From: a virus
Direction: 5' to 3' (one strand)
Length of the DNA stretch: 64,000 nucleotides
UHGV virus genome: UHGV-2113617
The notes beneath the pieces were generated by a model, which worked only from the letters and a program-made list of their open reading frames with translations, was not told the origin of the DNA and ran no database searches. The translations under genes and the position numbers were made by a program. Positions 1 through 10,573 of this stretch are shown in pieces. Within the stretch, counting starts at the first letter, position 1. Each line of letters starts with the position of its first letter.

Positions 1-309
1 AACTCGGAAGTTATTGGTTAAATCTTTCATAAAAGTTCTTTGACCAGGAACGATTTCAATCAGCCCCCAATCTTCTAACAGCCATGCAATCGAATCACGA
101 CGAACTTCATCTTCTTCTGTCATTTCAACCTGGCGACCATCCATACGAAGCATTTCTTTAAAATGAACGATATAGTATAGTCCTTTTTTCTGAAGAATAT
201 GACAGGACTGATACAGAACTTTATCTTTATTATTAGCAATTCCCATGCGAGTCAAAGTTTCTTTTACTTTCAGAAAATCTTCAGGTTTTTTAAGAGTAAT
301 TTCAATCAT
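1..309 (-). CDS. regA: RegA translational repressor (3' end outside window)
   Basis: Reverse-complement translation from ATG at 309 reads MIEITLKKPEDFLKVKETLTRMGIANNKDKVLYQSCHILQKKG, the T4 RegA N-terminus; ORF runs off window start. Confidence 0.9.
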   Translation of the reverse strand, partial: MIEITLKKPEDFLKVKETLTRMGIANNKDKVLYQSCHILQKKGLYYIVHFKEMLRMDGRQVEMTEEDEVRRDSIAWLLEDWGLIEIVPGQRTFMKDLTNNFRV

Positions 310-310
310 T

Positions 311-874
311 TTACCATTCCAATGCTAGTTTTTTGAGTTGTTTCTGTTCTTTTACGTTCTTAGTCACTTCTTTCAAAAAATCATCCGTGACTAAACCTTT
401 TAGTTCTTTTAATACTAAAGGAAGTTTTCCATTTTTAGTAAGAATTGATTTATAGTTAATTGCATCATTTGTATTAACTTGATACCGCTTAGCAAGTAAC
501 TTAATAATCAATACTTCAGTAGAATCTTCGACCAGTTTTGCCCATTTACCATATCTTTTACCCCGAGGAACAGCAGCCATCAGGTAATTAAAATGGGCTT
601 CATCGCTTAAACCTGATCCAATTAAATTCATAGCATATACAGCTGGCATGCATTCAGGAAATTGTGATAATGCATTCTCAACCATGTATTTTGAATAATC
701 TTTTTGAGCAATAGAGCATTTAGTTTTATTATTGATAGCCCCAATTATTTCAAAAAATTCATTTTCAGCTTTTTCCTTGAAAGAATCAGCAGCAGATTGG
801 ACAGCTGTCCAATCTTTTGAATACCAAGCAACTTGATGCTCGTTTAATTGAATATCATCTTCAAATAAGCTCAT
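311..874 (-). CDS. 62: clamp loader small subunit gp62
   Basis: 187 aa ORF between regA and gene 44, same length as T4 gp62; tightly packed with neighbours. Confidence 0.85.
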   Translation of the reverse strand: MSLFEDDIQLNEHQVAWYSKDWTAVQSAADSFKEKAENEFFEIIGAINNKTKCSIAQKDYSKYMVENALSQFPECMPAVYAMNLIGSGLSDEAHFNYLMAAVPRGKRYGKWAKLVEDSTEVLIIKLLAKRYQVNTNDAINYKSILTKNGKLPLVLKELKGLVTDDFLKEVTKNVKEQKQLKKLALEW

Positions 875-875
875 A

Positions 876-1850
876 TCACTTCCACTGCATTTCGCATGCT
901 AATTGAATGAAAAGATATGCTAAATGTAATTCCGTATTAGCCGCAATTCCATGATACTGGTTATTTTCACCAACAATTTCATACATACGAATAATACTTT
1001 GCGGAGTTACACGTGTATAGATTTCTTCGGCAAGTTTACCAACGAACCACGAATAATCAGCTGCATATTTTGGTGCTAAAGCTCTGAGCTGTTTAACATC
1101 TTTATTTTTGAGAGACTCAAGAACATCATCAATAGCACCACGATCGTTAGTAACCAGTGATAAAATACCAGCATCCAAAACACCTTTAGATGAATAACTA
1201 TCGAGCTCACCAATAGTTTTACGAAAATCAGGAAAATTCTTTTTAACCAAAGCTGCTACAACTTTCATATCAGCTATAGCAATTCCTTCATGCTTACAGA
1301 TTTCAGTCAATCGACGAATCATCTGCTTCATCATTTCAATTTTATCTTCATCGGTCGGTTGACCGAACGTAATAACTCGGCAGCGTGACTGAAGCGGTTT
1401 AATAATACCATCAATATTGTTAGCAGTAATAATAATACTACAGTTTGAACTATAAGCTTCCATAAAGGAACGAAGATGTCGCTGAGACTCTGCTAACCCT
1501 GAACGGTCAAATTCATCAATAACAATTACTTTTTGACGACCATCAAATGAAGCTGCACTAGCAAAATTAGTCAAAGGACCACGAACGAAATCAATTTTAC
1601 AATCTGACCCATTCACAAACATCATATCAGCATTTACATCATGACACAATGCTTTTGCTACAGTTGTTTTACCTGTTCCTGGAGAAGGAGAATGAAGAAT
1701 AATATGTGGAATCTTACCTTTACTTGTAATAGATTTAAAGGTTTCTTTATCAAAGGCGGGAAGAATACATTCATCGATAGTAGATGGACGATATTTCTGT
1801 TCAAGAATGTGTTCTTTTTCATTTACAGTAATCATAATTTCCTCATTCAA
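876..1850 (-). CDS. 44: clamp loader large subunit gp44 (AAA+ ATPase)
   Basis: 324 aa; Walker A GTGKTT, Walker B VIVIDEFD; T4 synteny. Confidence 0.9.
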   Translation of the reverse strand: MNEEIMITVNEKEHILEQKYRPSTIDECILPAFDKETFKSITSKGKIPHIILHSPSPGTGKTTVAKALCHDVNADMMFVNGSDCKIDFVRGPLTNFASAASFDGRQKVIVIDEFDRSGLAESQRHLRSFMEAYSSNCSIIITANNIDGIIKPLQSRCRVITFGQPTDEDKIEMMKQMIRRLTEICKHEGIAIADMKVVAALVKKNFPDFRKTIGELDSYSSKGVLDAGILSLVTNDRGAIDDVLESLKNKDVKQLRALAPKYAADYSWFVGKLAEEIYTRVTPQSIIRMYEIVGENNQYHGIAANTELHLAYLFIQLACEMQWK

Positions 1851-1869
1851 GTTTTAGTGTAAATTATAA

Positions 1870-1883
1870 AGGGCCGAAGCCCT
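1870..1883 (-). promoter_or_regulatory. intercistronic stem-loop, GGGC-UUCG-GCCC on the transcript
   Basis: Plus strand aGGGCcgaaGCCCt between gene 45 stop and gene 44 start; on the minus-strand RNA the loop is UUCG. Confidence 0.6.
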
Positions 1884-1886
1884 CTA

Positions 1887-2573
1887 TTAAAAATCGTGGG
1901 TAGAATCAGCTTCAAGAGCTACTACATAATTCGCATGTTCACCTTCAAATTTAGCAGCGCCTTGTTTACCTTTTGCCCAGAGAAGAAGTTTATAATTTCC
2001 TGGTTGCATTTTCATATTTGCCATATTGATAATGAAATTAAATGTATTTTCACCATCATAATCACCAAGAGTCAAAGAATATTTAACACGGGTCAAAGCA
2101 GAATCTTCTACTTTGTTAAAACCGTTAATTACAATTTTACCTTCTTTTACTGTGATAGCAATTGTATCAATCTGCAGACCGCGAGATACACGCAACAGCT
2201 GTTGAAGGTCTTCAGCTTTAATTTCAGTAACAACAGATGCTACCGGGAATGGAATTGGTTTATTAGGAGCAACTACTGTACTCGGATCGGCTGCTGGCCA
2301 AAAAATTGTTGAACGGGCATCAGCAATTTTAATATTTCCATCTTCTGACTGGGAAATTTCTGCATCGTCATTAACTAGAGACAGAATACCGAGAAAACCG
2401 TTCAAATCGTAAATCGCTACATCAAAATCAATAGTGTCAGAAATATTTGCTTCTGCATAAGTTGTACCATTAACCGCGCGAGTCATAATAAATTGACCGG
2501 ATTTAAGCATAATACCGGAGTTAATAGTAGCGAAATTTTTAAGCAGAGCAGTAGTATCTTTAGACAGTTTCAT
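1887..2573 (-). CDS. 45: sliding clamp gp45
   Basis: 228 aa, same length and position as T4 gp45 upstream of 44/62. Confidence 0.85.
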   Translation of the reverse strand: MKLSKDTTALLKNFATINSGIMLKSGQFIMTRAVNGTTYAEANISDTIDFDVAIYDLNGFLGILSLVNDDAEISQSEDGNIKIADARSTIFWPAADPSTVVAPNKPIPFPVASVVTEIKAEDLQQLLRVSRGLQIDTIAITVKEGKIVINGFNKVEDSALTRVKYSLTLGDYDGENTFNFIINMANMKMQPGNYKLLLWAKGKQGAAKFEGEHANYVVALEADSTHDF

Positions 2574-2604
2574 GTAATTTCCTTCAATTCAAATGAGATT
2601 TAAT

Positions 2605-2628
2605 TTTATAACTAATTTAATAAAGCAA
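2605..2628 (-). promoter_or_regulatory. putative MotA-dependent middle promoter for gene 45
   Basis: Minus strand reads TTGCTTTA (MotA-box-like) followed about 11 nt later by TATAAA, in the rpbA-45 intergenic gap. Confidence 0.45.
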
Positions 2629-3018
2629 TTAACGATTAAAATCAGCAGCAATTGTTTCCGCAACAATTTGAGCAGCAACAATTAGACGTTCATCTGCATT
2701 ACCGCAATAATCATCTTCAAGGCGTTCACCGCATGAAGTCATAATAAATTTAGCACCAGCATTTAGAGATTCTGTCGTATGTTTGCGCATTAGTTCAATC
2801 CATTTATCACTCACTTCACGATCGATAGCTTCATAATACGCATGACGAGCAGGTGCAGATTTAATTTTATTCTGAATAACTTCCATTGCGTTATCAGAAA
2901 GAGACAAAACCCATGCTCGACGAATTTTATTTTGGTTTTGCGGATTTGATTCAGAACGCACGTGTTTTGGCTGAATATCTTTTACATCAACAGTATAATT
3001 CACAGTAATTTTAGTCAT
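2629..3018 (-). CDS. rpbA: RNA polymerase binding protein RpbA
   Basis: 129 aa ORF immediately upstream of gene 45; length and position as T4 rpbA. Confidence 0.7.
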   Translation of the reverse strand: MTKITVNYTVDVKDIQPKHVRSESNPQNQNKIRRAWVLSLSDNAMEVIQNKIKSAPARHAYYEAIDREVSDKWIELMRKHTTESLNAGAKFIMTSCGERLEDDYCGNADERLIVAAQIVAETIAADFNR

Positions 3019-3027
3019 AATACACCT

Positions 3028-3228
3028 TTAGTCATAATAATCAGTAACAGTCCAAGCTTCATTCCTGTTGGACATTATTTTCGTATATTCTGATTTAAAT
3101 GCATTCTTAAGCATAGATTCAGTAACTATATGCTCTTCATTAGAAAAATTATTTCTCAGAATATATCGTTTTATTTCAGGAATAGTTAATAGATGCTGTC
3201 CAGTTGAATATTCCATGTTTTCCTCCAT
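3028..3228 (-). CDS. hypothetical protein (T4 45.2 position)
   Basis: 66 aa ORF between rpbA and gene 46. Confidence 0.55.
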   Translation of the reverse strand: MEENMEYSTGQHLLTIPEIKRYILRNNFSNEEHIVTESMLKNAFKSEYTKIMSNRNEAWTVTDYYD

Positions 3229-3270
3229 AGAGATTATACTCTAATAAATTAAAGCATAATCTCTTATAAA

Positions 3271-4953
3271 TTAAACCATTACAGTAAACCGACCAACTTT
3301 CTTCATTTGGAGATGCTGACCATATGTTTGTGGGTCATGGTCTCTATGCGAAATAACAAAAACGTTAGTATTTTTTAAACTATCTAAAATAGTTGAAATA
3401 GCTTTTACACCTTCAACATCAGTTGCTGAATCAAAAACTTCATCGAGAATTAGTGTGTTTATTTTAACACCTGAAACTTTTTCAGCAATATCACGCCAAG
3501 TAAATAAAAGAGCAATATCAATTCGTGCTTTTTCACCTTGACTAAATGAAGCATAACTAAAATCTTCACGACCACGGGATTTAATTGTTTCATTAAATTC
3601 TTCATCTAATGTAAACACATAATCCGCTTCCATTATTTTAAGATAATGGTTAATCTGCTTATTAAATAATGGAATGTACTTTTTAATAATAGCACCTTTA
3701 ATACCAGAATCTTTGAGCATATCAGTCAAAATTCCTCTGTGGTATTTTTCCATTACTAAATTAGTTTTTGTCTTAACAATTTTATCAAGTTCTTCTTGAA
3801 GCAGTGCTATTTCATCAGCATGGTCAATAAACTCAGATGATGCTTTTTCTATAGCTGCTTTAACTTTTTTAGCTTTATCTACAGTCGTGATTAGAGATTG
3901 CTTTTTATTGCGAATATCATTTGCCAACGTCTGCTGGGTTTTAATATTATCTCGGTATTCATCAACAAGAACTTTTAAATTATCACGATGTGTTGAAAGC
4001 TGTTCAAACGAATGCGTGCATTCAGAAACTTTATCTTTAATTTTAGAAACAACTTTATCACCGGAACTTAATTGTGACAAACAGGTTGGACATAATCCAC
4101 CTTCGTGATACATATTAATGACTTTATTATACGAGTCAATTTTTGATTTAATTAAAAATGCTTCTTGACCGATTTTATTAAATGCATCAGTCGGGTCTTC
4201 ATCCAAAACAATATTAACTAATCTTTCATTAGCTTCTTCTATTTCCGATTTTAGCGTTCTAGCTTCTTTTGCCAAATCATCATACATATTCTGCAGACGA
4301 GTAAGGTTATCACCAGTTAATTTTTTCTGGCGTTCAACGTTATCATTATATATTTTAATTTGTTGGATAATACTATCTTTTTTAACATCAAGCACTTGGT
4401 TTTGTGAATTTAATTCACGTATTAGTGCTTTATTAAGCTTATCCATTTCAGCTAATGTTCCTACCTCAAGCAGGTCTTCCACAAGCTTTCTTCGCGCAGG
4501 GGTCGACAAACCCATGAAAGGGGTATACCCTGCTGTACCAAGGACAACAATCTGCTTGAAACTGGCATATGACATTCCGATAAGCTGTTCAAATTCTGCT
4601 TGGAAATCTTTACTGCTGGCAGATTCATTAAGACGTGTACCGTTAACGGTGATTTCGAAAACGTTTGGTTTTTGTCCTCTTTTGATATAGTACTTTTTCT
4701 CATCATATTCCATCCACAGTTCAACTAAAAGTTCTTTCTTATTTGTGCTGTTTATTAATTGACCTTTCTTTACATCACGAAATGGCTTGCCAAAAAGCCC
4801 AAATGTGATGGCTTCTAACATAGTAGACTTACCACCGCCATTTCGTCCAGTAATAAGAGTTTTTTGAACCTTATCTAGTTGAATGTCAATAGGATTTCCA
4901 CCTACTGACATTATATTTTGATACCTAACTCGATTTAGTTTAAAATTCTTCAC
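3271..4953 (-). CDS. 46: recombination endonuclease subunit gp46 (Rad50/SbcC-like ATPase)
   Basis: 560 aa; N-terminal Walker A GRNGGGKST, long central coiled coil, C-terminal ABC-type ATPase region; T4 gp46 length. Confidence 0.9.
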   Translation of the reverse strand: MKNFKLNRVRYQNIMSVGGNPIDIQLDKVQKTLITGRNGGGKSTMLEAITFGLFGKPFRDVKKGQLINSTNKKELLVELWMEYDEKKYYIKRGQKPNVFEITVNGTRLNESASSKDFQAEFEQLIGMSYASFKQIVVLGTAGYTPFMGLSTPARRKLVEDLLEVGTLAEMDKLNKALIRELNSQNQVLDVKKDSIIQQIKIYNDNVERQKKLTGDNLTRLQNMYDDLAKEARTLKSEIEEANERLVNIVLDEDPTDAFNKIGQEAFLIKSKIDSYNKVINMYHEGGLCPTCLSQLSSGDKVVSKIKDKVSECTHSFEQLSTHRDNLKVLVDEYRDNIKTQQTLANDIRNKKQSLITTVDKAKKVKAAIEKASSEFIDHADEIALLQEELDKIVKTKTNLVMEKYHRGILTDMLKDSGIKGAIIKKYIPLFNKQINHYLKIMEADYVFTLDEEFNETIKSRGREDFSYASFSQGEKARIDIALLFTWRDIAEKVSGVKINTLILDEVFDSATDVEGVKAISTILDSLKNTNVFVISHRDHDPQTYGQHLQMKKVGRFTVMV

Positions 4954-5213
4954 AAAAGATTCCTTTTAATGTATCTTTTAGACCATTCTATCATATCATC
5001 ATAATCTAAAAAGTATTCATCAAATTCAGCCATACAAACAACACCTTGTGCTGCTTTTGATGTGATATAAATTATTCCAACATATCTAGAATCTTCTTCG
5101 GTGTAATCAATATTTGCTATGAATTCATCGTTAATGTCAAATGTCGAAAACTTCACAGTATGCATCCTTAATACAAGATACAGCCATATCTTGTAATGAT
5201 TTAGGTGTGTCAT
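4950..5213 (-). CDS. hypothetical protein (T4 46.1 position); start uncertain
   Basis: 87 aa ORF; overlaps next ORF by 77 nt unless it starts at an internal Met (5165). Confidence 0.5.
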   Translation of the reverse strand: MTHLNHYKIWLYLVLRMHTVKFSTFDINDEFIANIDYTEEDSRYVGIIYITSKAAQGVVCMAEFDEYFLDYDDMIEWSKRYIKRNLL

Positions 5214-5400
5214 TATCTAAAATGTTGAAGTTAAAAGATACAGCCCAGTCAGTGCAGACCGTGACCTTTTTAATACAATTATCTTCAACCTCTAGCGGTT
5301 CAAACCAATATTCAATAATTTCTTTATGCCCAATATCATCTTTTACTTCGCATTCAAAATGCTGACTCATCATAACATTTTTAAATTCATCAAAAGTCAT
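5137..5400 (-). CDS. hypothetical protein (T4 46.2 position)
   Basis: 87 aa ORF; start overlaps gene 47 stop (translational coupling). Confidence 0.55.
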   Translation of the reverse strand: MTFDEFKNVMMSQHFECEVKDDIGHKEIIEYWFEPLEVEDNCIKKVTVCTDWAVSFNFNILDNDTPKSLQDMAVSCIKDAYCEVFDI

Positions 5401-6416
5401 TGTGTTGCCTCTACATATAACTGATTTGCATATTGAATAAGTGCTTCGCGATCAGAATCAGTGATGTCTGGAATTGCATTAATGTATTCTTCCATCAATG
5501 TCTGAAGAGATTGAACTTCAACTTCTTCACTATCATCTGACTCAACAGAGTTATCAATCTTTGACACAACTCGTAATGAATGCACAACTTTTTCTAGTTC
5601 AGATTCGAACTTCGTCAGATTTTTGTCTACCTCAGTTACTATAACACGTACTGATAGATTTGTAAAATCTTTATAGTCAATTTTTCCCTTAAATGGATAT
5701 TGAATTCGACGATGCCAGGTGGTGTTGTTTGGAATAAATTCCATTCGTTCTGTTTCTGTATCAAACATCCAGAACCCACGAGGGTCATTCTCGTCACCTG
5801 CAGTTAGTGTCCATGGTGTCCCAATATATCTGACGTTAGCAGCCTCAGAAATAGTATGGAAGTGACCAGACCACACTTCTTTATAAGTCTTAAGGAAATC
5901 AGGTTCAAGACCGTGAGATTTCATTCCTTTATAAAAATAAAATCCATTCAGTTCCCAGTGACCGACACAAAAAGAAGCAGATGAAGTTTTGATGTGTTCA
6001 AGAATTTCACCGGTATTTTCTTCACACATCCAAGGAATTAAATCAATCAAACATCCGTCAAAATCTACTGTAGTAGGCTTATCATATACTTTAACATTAG
6101 GATATTTAGCCAAAAGCTCAGTAGAAGCATTTGGAGTTAAAGTATTTTTAAAGTGCATATCATGGTTTCCTACAACAGTATGCAGGGTAATACCAGCATC
6201 ATCAAGCATTTGAACTATTTCACGGGCGAACTCCATAGTTTTATGCGTGATTGCTTTTCGCACATCAAAAATATCACCATATTGAATCCATGTAGTAATT
6301 CCGTTTTTCTTAGAATATTCTATCGCTTGCTTAATTCCATCCAACTGGATTGATTGAATCCACTCATCATCAGCTTTAACGCCTAAATGCCAATCACCTA
6401 AATTTAAAATTTTCAT
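5397..6416 (-). CDS. 47: recombination endonuclease subunit gp47 (Mre11/SbcD-like phosphoesterase)
   Basis: 339 aa; calcineurin-like phosphoesterase motifs (LGDWHLG, GDIFD, GNHD, GHxH). Confidence 0.9.
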   Translation of the reverse strand: MKILNLGDWHLGVKADDEWIQSIQLDGIKQAIEYSKKNGITTWIQYGDIFDVRKAITHKTMEFAREIVQMLDDAGITLHTVVGNHDMHFKNTLTPNASTELLAKYPNVKVYDKPTTVDFDGCLIDLIPWMCEENTGEILEHIKTSSASFCVGHWELNGFYFYKGMKSHGLEPDFLKTYKEVWSGHFHTISEAANVRYIGTPWTLTAGDENDPRGFWMFDTETERMEFIPNNTTWHRRIQYPFKGKIDYKDFTNLSVRVIVTEVDKNLTKFESELEKVVHSLRVVSKIDNSVESDDSEEVEVQSLQTLMEEYINAIPDITDSDREALIQYANQLYVEATQ

Positions 6417-6553
6417 ATATCAAGAACCGTCATTGAAATGCAAAATAAAATTATTGAAATAAATCCATCTGGAGTGCTAAAGAACCCAATCCAACATGCT
6501 CTAGCAAATAGATAAAATGCAAGAAAAAGTATCACATATCCAAGAAATATCAT
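6413..6553 (-). CDS. small hydrophobic protein (46 aa), putative
   Basis: ORF MIFLGYVILFLAFYLFARACWIGFF... with GGAG 10 nt upstream; its TGA overlaps the gene 47 ATG (ATGA). Below the ORF-track length cutoff. Confidence 0.3.
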   Translation of the reverse strand: MIFLGYVILFLAFYLFARACWIGFFSTPDGFISIILFCISMTVLDI

Positions 6554-6576
6554 TATATCAAACTCCGTATAAAGCT

Positions 6577-6594
6577 AAAGGGCCGAAGCCCTTT
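6577..6594 (-). terminator. stem-loop AAAGGGC-UUCG-GCCCUUU after a-gt
   Basis: 7-bp stem, UUCG loop on minus transcript, overlapping the a-gt stop and followed by a U-rich stretch. Confidence 0.5.
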
Positions 6595-7795
6595 ATTTTG
6601 TAATAATGTCAAACTGTTCTTTAAAGCAGAAGCTTGAATCTTGATGCTGATACAAAAATTCATAAGCTTTTTCGCGTTCACGGTCATAAAGAGCTCGGTC
6701 AGATGACAGTTCTTTAATACGTTCAAATGTTGATTCCATGTCGTTTTCATCAAACCAAACGATACCGCTATCATGTGAAATTAATGGAGTGTTATCAACA
6801 CGGAATTTTAAATTTTCGCCAGTAGATTTCCAAAATACCGGAATTGTTCCACATGCACCAAGCTCGAGATGAGTGTATTCTAAAGAACGCTGTAGATATT
6901 TTTTGTCCAACTTACTCAACTGATAACCAAATCCGGATTTACTCATGCGTTCAAGCATTTCGCTATTTACATAACGGTCGAGAATTTGCGTCGGCAAATT
7001 AGGAGCAATTTTAATTTGGTCTACTTGATGAAGACGATAATACTCGTATGGAATTCCTTTTTCTTTAATAGGAATGAACGCTGGAGAACGTTCCAGACCT
7101 TCCATAATAGTACTTAGTCCTGCAGGTTTAAGATGTTTTTCGTGAAAATCAAACATCTGATAAAAGCCTTTCCATGTAGTAGTACGACCAATCCAACGGT
7201 TGATATTCATGTTAATTTCAGAAACATCTTTCCAGTAAGTTGATCGAACCTTCGCAATATCCATAGGAGGCTGAAAGTTATATACGGTCGGTGCTTCTTC
7301 AATATCATCAAACAGAGAAACAGTTTCCGGATACCATTCTTTCATTAAAACTTTATTAAAATCACCATTATCAGAATGGCTAAAAATAACATCAGCTCGA
7401 CGAACAGTTTCTTCTAATCCCAAATTTCGGCGTAAAGAAAGAGAAGAATGGTCATGCTGATAAACTACAACACGAACCGAAGGTTTAATGTTATCAATAA
7501 TTTTTTTATAGTTATTAATGGTGTCTTCTTCGACTGAAGTAGCAGGAACTGAATTGATAACTAGAATATCACAATCATTTACCAGCTTAAGCGTTTTATC
7601 GTATTCTTTTGCCAATAAAACTGGAATTGAAAATGACTTATAATCATGCGCGCAATTACGAGTAAATGATTTATCTTTAGCATAAACCAAAGTTACTTCA
7701 TGGCCATTTTTAGTAAACCAATCACGCTGCTCAAGAGAAAATTTAGTTACACCACAACCTTCAAGACCTCGAGCCATAAAAATGCATACTTTCAT
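6593..7795 (-). CDS. a-gt: DNA alpha-glucosyltransferase
   Basis: 400 aa; N-terminus M(K)VCIFMARGLEGCGVTKFSLEQRDWF as in T4 alpha-gt; same position. Confidence 0.85.
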   Translation of the reverse strand: MKVCIFMARGLEGCGVTKFSLEQRDWFTKNGHEVTLVYAKDKSFTRNCAHDYKSFSIPVLLAKEYDKTLKLVNDCDILVINSVPATSVEEDTINNYKKIIDNIKPSVRVVVYQHDHSSLSLRRNLGLEETVRRADVIFSHSDNGDFNKVLMKEWYPETVSLFDDIEEAPTVYNFQPPMDIAKVRSTYWKDVSEINMNINRWIGRTTTWKGFYQMFDFHEKHLKPAGLSTIMEGLERSPAFIPIKEKGIPYEYYRLHQVDQIKIAPNLPTQILDRYVNSEMLERMSKSGFGYQLSKLDKKYLQRSLEYTHLELGACGTIPVFWKSTGENLKFRVDNTPLISHDSGIVWFDENDMESTFERIKELSSDRALYDREREKAYEFLYQHQDSSFCFKEQFDIITK

Positions 7796-7844
7796 TTAAT
7801 ATCCTCATTGTTTTGGTTTATTTTACCAAAAATTTATAAAGCAA

Positions 7845-7864
7845 TATAGGAGCCTCGGCTCCTA
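7845..7864 (-). promoter_or_regulatory. intergenic stem-loop upstream of a-gt
   Basis: Inverted repeat ATAGGAGCC..GGCTCCTAT in the gap between ORF 8039-8245 and a-gt. Confidence 0.4.
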
Positions 7865-8038
7865 TCCGCATAATACGCCATACAGAGGCTCATTAGAGCT
7901 TCTAAATTTTATGCGCTTATATGTTATAGTTCCTTCTGCTTTAGCTTTATCGTGAGCCTCTTTAAAGCGTCTCATCATTTCTACTTTAGAGGAACGAATT
8001 TTGTTATAATCTATTTCAGAAGTCTGGGTGTTCATCTT

Positions 8039-8245
8039 TCACAGTTGCCACCATTTTTTGACTTGATAAGAATCAACCCACACTTTCATATTAGGGTCTG
8101 CTCTTACAATAGGAGGATTAACTTCTTTAATTGAACTATCATGGTATTCTTTTTCAGAAATTTTCACACAAAGATGACCGTTCAAAGATTCAGTAAATCC
8201 TGCATTAATTTTAAGACGCTTGAATTTTACGTGTGTAAGCATCAA
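8039..8245 (-). CDS. hypothetical protein
   Basis: 68 aa ORF in the a-gt to gene 55 block. Confidence 0.5.
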   Translation of the reverse strand: MMLTHVKFKRLKINAGFTESLNGHLCVKISEKEYHDSSIKEVNPPIVRADPNMKVWVDSYQVKKWWQL

Positions 8246-8528
8246 TCATATCCTCAATCTGTGATCTAGTAGTCTTCCAAAGAATACTAATGAGTTCATC
8301 GTTATATGGCTGTTTTAGAATATCCCGACTTTTCTTGATAGCATATTCGTATTGAGCAAAATTATTGTTTTCAGCTGCAATCTGAGCGTGCTTATAAAGA
8401 CGGTTCAGTTCGCGTTTATTTTTAGACAATAACTTATTTGCTTTTCTTTCTGCTTCAAGACGGTTCTTTTCTTCAATAGAAGAAATAAGCTTTTCCACTT
8501 CATCATTAATTTCGGGTTTATCAGTCAT
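8211..8528 (-). CDS. hypothetical protein
   Basis: 105 aa ORF, charged/helical. Confidence 0.55.
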   Translation of the reverse strand: MTDKPEINDEVEKLISSIEEKNRLEAERKANKLLSKNKRELNRLYKHAQIAAENNNFAQYEYAIKKSRDILKQPYNDELISILWKTTRSQIEDMIDAYTRKIQAS

Positions 8529-8529
8529 A

Positions 8530-8748
8530 TTATTTCTCTAATATAAAATAAAAATCATCATCTGTTAAATGATACCGATAGTTTAATTCTACACCATTAG
8601 ATTTAAAAGCGGTATCATACGGATTTTCTGGATCAATATCAATGTCAAGAGCTAAAACTTCCCTGAGATACATTTTAAGTAAATAGGGAATAGCTTCAAC
8701 TTCAGGTATTTCTTCCAAGAATCCGGAGAGGTTAATCGTTAGCCTCAT
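8530..8748 (-). CDS. hypothetical protein
   Basis: 72 aa ORF immediately downstream of gene 55. Confidence 0.55.
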
Positions 8749-9289
8749 ATAAAAAATCCAAACTAGGAGAATCGTCTACAACACTTTTCTTTTCAGCCCC
8801 CGGTGTTCTATAGGTTGATTCTTCGTAATGCGTCATTTTATCGTAGATGTCTTGAATAAAAGTTTCATCTACTAACGCAACCATATCGTCGTCACGACTG
8901 TCATAGACATTGTGAACGAAGTAACTGTATTTCTTTGCAACTTCCTTACGTTCTTTTTTAATACGTTGGACGAATGCATTAAAACAAGCTTGAGTTATAT
9001 ATGCATGTGGGTTTTTATATTTCGTTTCATCAAAATTATGAAGTCCTTTAATAGAAGCTTCTATACCATCTGCAATCATTTCTTGTTTCCAAGACTGGGT
9101 GTATCCTGAAAAGTTGAAACGTTTAGATAAGCCTTCTGCAATAAGCATAATGGCTAATCCGATAGTATCATTCTGACGAACTACTTTATTTGGGTCTTTA
9201 TTATTTGCTAATTCTGTTTTCCAATCAATAATAGCTTGTAAAAGCTCTTTATTGTTTACGTAATTATATTTAGGCTTAGTTTCTGACAT
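8732..9289 (-). CDS. 55: late-transcription sigma factor gp55
   Basis: From ATG at 9289 (GAGGTG SD 4 nt upstream) reads [23 protein letters not shown], 185 aa as T4 gp55; the track's GTG start at 9295 is rejected. Confidence 0.9.
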
Positions 9290-9369
9290 TTTCACCTCTT
9301 AGCTCAATTCATAGATCTATTATATCATAATATTTGAAGATCTATCTTAAAGCATAGAGGATGAATCAG

Positions 9370-9639
9370 TTATCTAAGTAAACAGTATGCTTGGAACACT
9401 TTCTCCATCATCTTTTTAAATTCATGAATATCTATATAATGATCATTAATATCAGCACGATATAAAAAGTCTAAAAACTTTTTATGGGTGTTAGAATATT
9501 TACTTTCATTTAATTCAGAAACATGGCTTTCCCAATATCCAACACCAGTCTTATTTGGGAAAAATGAAATTTTCATGTATTGGTCAACATAGAAAATACC
9601 AAAATTTTCAATAGCAATAGAAATATTAATAAATTTCAT
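9370..9639 (-). CDS. hypothetical protein
   Basis: 89 aa ORF. Confidence 0.5.
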   Translation of the reverse strand: MKFINISIAIENFGIFYVDQYMKISFFPNKTGVGYWESHVSELNESKYSNTHKKFLDFLYRADINDHYIDIHEFKKMMEKVFQAYCLLR

Positions 9640-9857
9640 ACATTCATCAACTTAGCCGCTTCAAGAGCTGCATCTAGTGAATCAAATTGATCGACATATT
9701 CAATCAATTCGCCGTAATTAGCATATAACCACCATTGGCTAAATTCATACTCAAGGATGAATCCATTTCCTTCAATTTGAGTTAAACCAATGCCGTTTGT
9801 ATTTACTTCATATCCGGCAAGACGCAAATCGTTAATAAGAGCTTCGTTCATATTCAT
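9636..9857 (-). CDS. hypothetical protein
   Basis: 73 aa ORF, start/stop overlaps with neighbours. Confidence 0.5.
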   Translation of the reverse strand: MNMNEALINDLRLAGYEVNTNGIGLTQIEGNGFILEYEFSQWWLYANYGELIEYVDQFDSLDAALEAAKLMNV

Positions 9858-10180
9858 ACCTTAGCAATTTTCAGGTCAGCAAATTTTTTCTTGCGTTGAT
9901 TTTTCATACGACGAATAGTTTTATCAGAAATTTCATGCTTTTGATAAGCTTTAGATTCTACGCCAAAAGCTTTAACATCAAATTCTGACAAGATATATTG
10001 AACCAACAATTCACGGATAGTATTTCGTCCAATTTTCTGATCATTCTGTTTCATCGTCTGATGAAGCTCTTTTTCCCATTTATCCAAAATTTGAGGAGTT
10101 ACAATATCGCCTTTTTCTAGCAAAGAAACTACTTTATCATATGCATAAGAATTGATGGCGTTTTTAATTTGAATAGTCAT
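9854..10180 (-). CDS. hypothetical protein
   Basis: 108 aa ORF. Confidence 0.55.
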   Translation of the reverse strand: MTIQIKNAINSYAYDKVVSLLEKGDIVTPQILDKWEKELHQTMKQNDQKIGRNTIRELLVQYILSEFDVKAFGVESKAYQKHEISDKTIRRMKNQRKKKFADLKIAKV

Positions 10181-10219
10181 ACATTATCCTCAATTGCGTT
10201 AAAATTTTATTATCCAAAA

Positions 10220-10235
10220 AAGGGCCGAAGCCCTT
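10220..10235 (-). promoter_or_regulatory. intercistronic stem-loop AAGGGC-UUCG-GCCCUU
   Basis: Third copy of the GGGCcgaaGCCC motif, overlapping the stop of ORF 10234-10434. Confidence 0.5.
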
Positions 10236-10434
10236 AGCTAAACCGTTTTGCACCCTTCCAGCCTTCATACATCATTGCGACTGACAATGACAAAGCTCCT
10301 TCACATGCTGCATACTTATTATTCCAAAACCAGTTTAGAAAAACTTCATCCTCAATACCATTGTGTTTCATGTTCTGGAAAAATTTGGCACGTTCTTCAG
10401 CAATTCGTTGTGATAATTTAGATTCAGGATTCAT
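10234..10434 (-). CDS. hypothetical protein
   Basis: 66 aa ORF. Confidence 0.5.
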   Translation of the reverse strand: MNPESKLSQRIAEERAKFFQNMKHNGIEDEVFLNWFWNNKYAACEGALSLSVAMMYEGWKGAKRFS

Positions 10435-10566
10435 TTAAATTTTCCAGTTACCGTTTTCATCAATGAATTTAATCCAGTCATTTACTGACCACTTGGTCAT
10501 ATCGCCTTTTGGAGCAACATTTAAAGTGTATAATCCTTGTTTAAAAAGCATGCGTTTGATATTCAT
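10435..10566 (-). CDS. hypothetical small protein
   Basis: Start moved to internal ATG at 10566 (GAGGA SD upstream) to avoid a 77-nt overlap; 43 aa. Confidence 0.4.
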   Translation of the reverse strand: MNIKRMLFKQGLYTLNVAPKGDMTKWSVNDWIKFIDENGNWKI

Positions 10567-10573
10567 ATTTTCC

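Noticed and set aside
7861-8035. Possible ~57-aa minus-strand ORF in the a-gt upstream gap
   Set aside because: My hand translation did not close in frame; the region also holds a hairpin and promoter-like sequence. Left unannotated.
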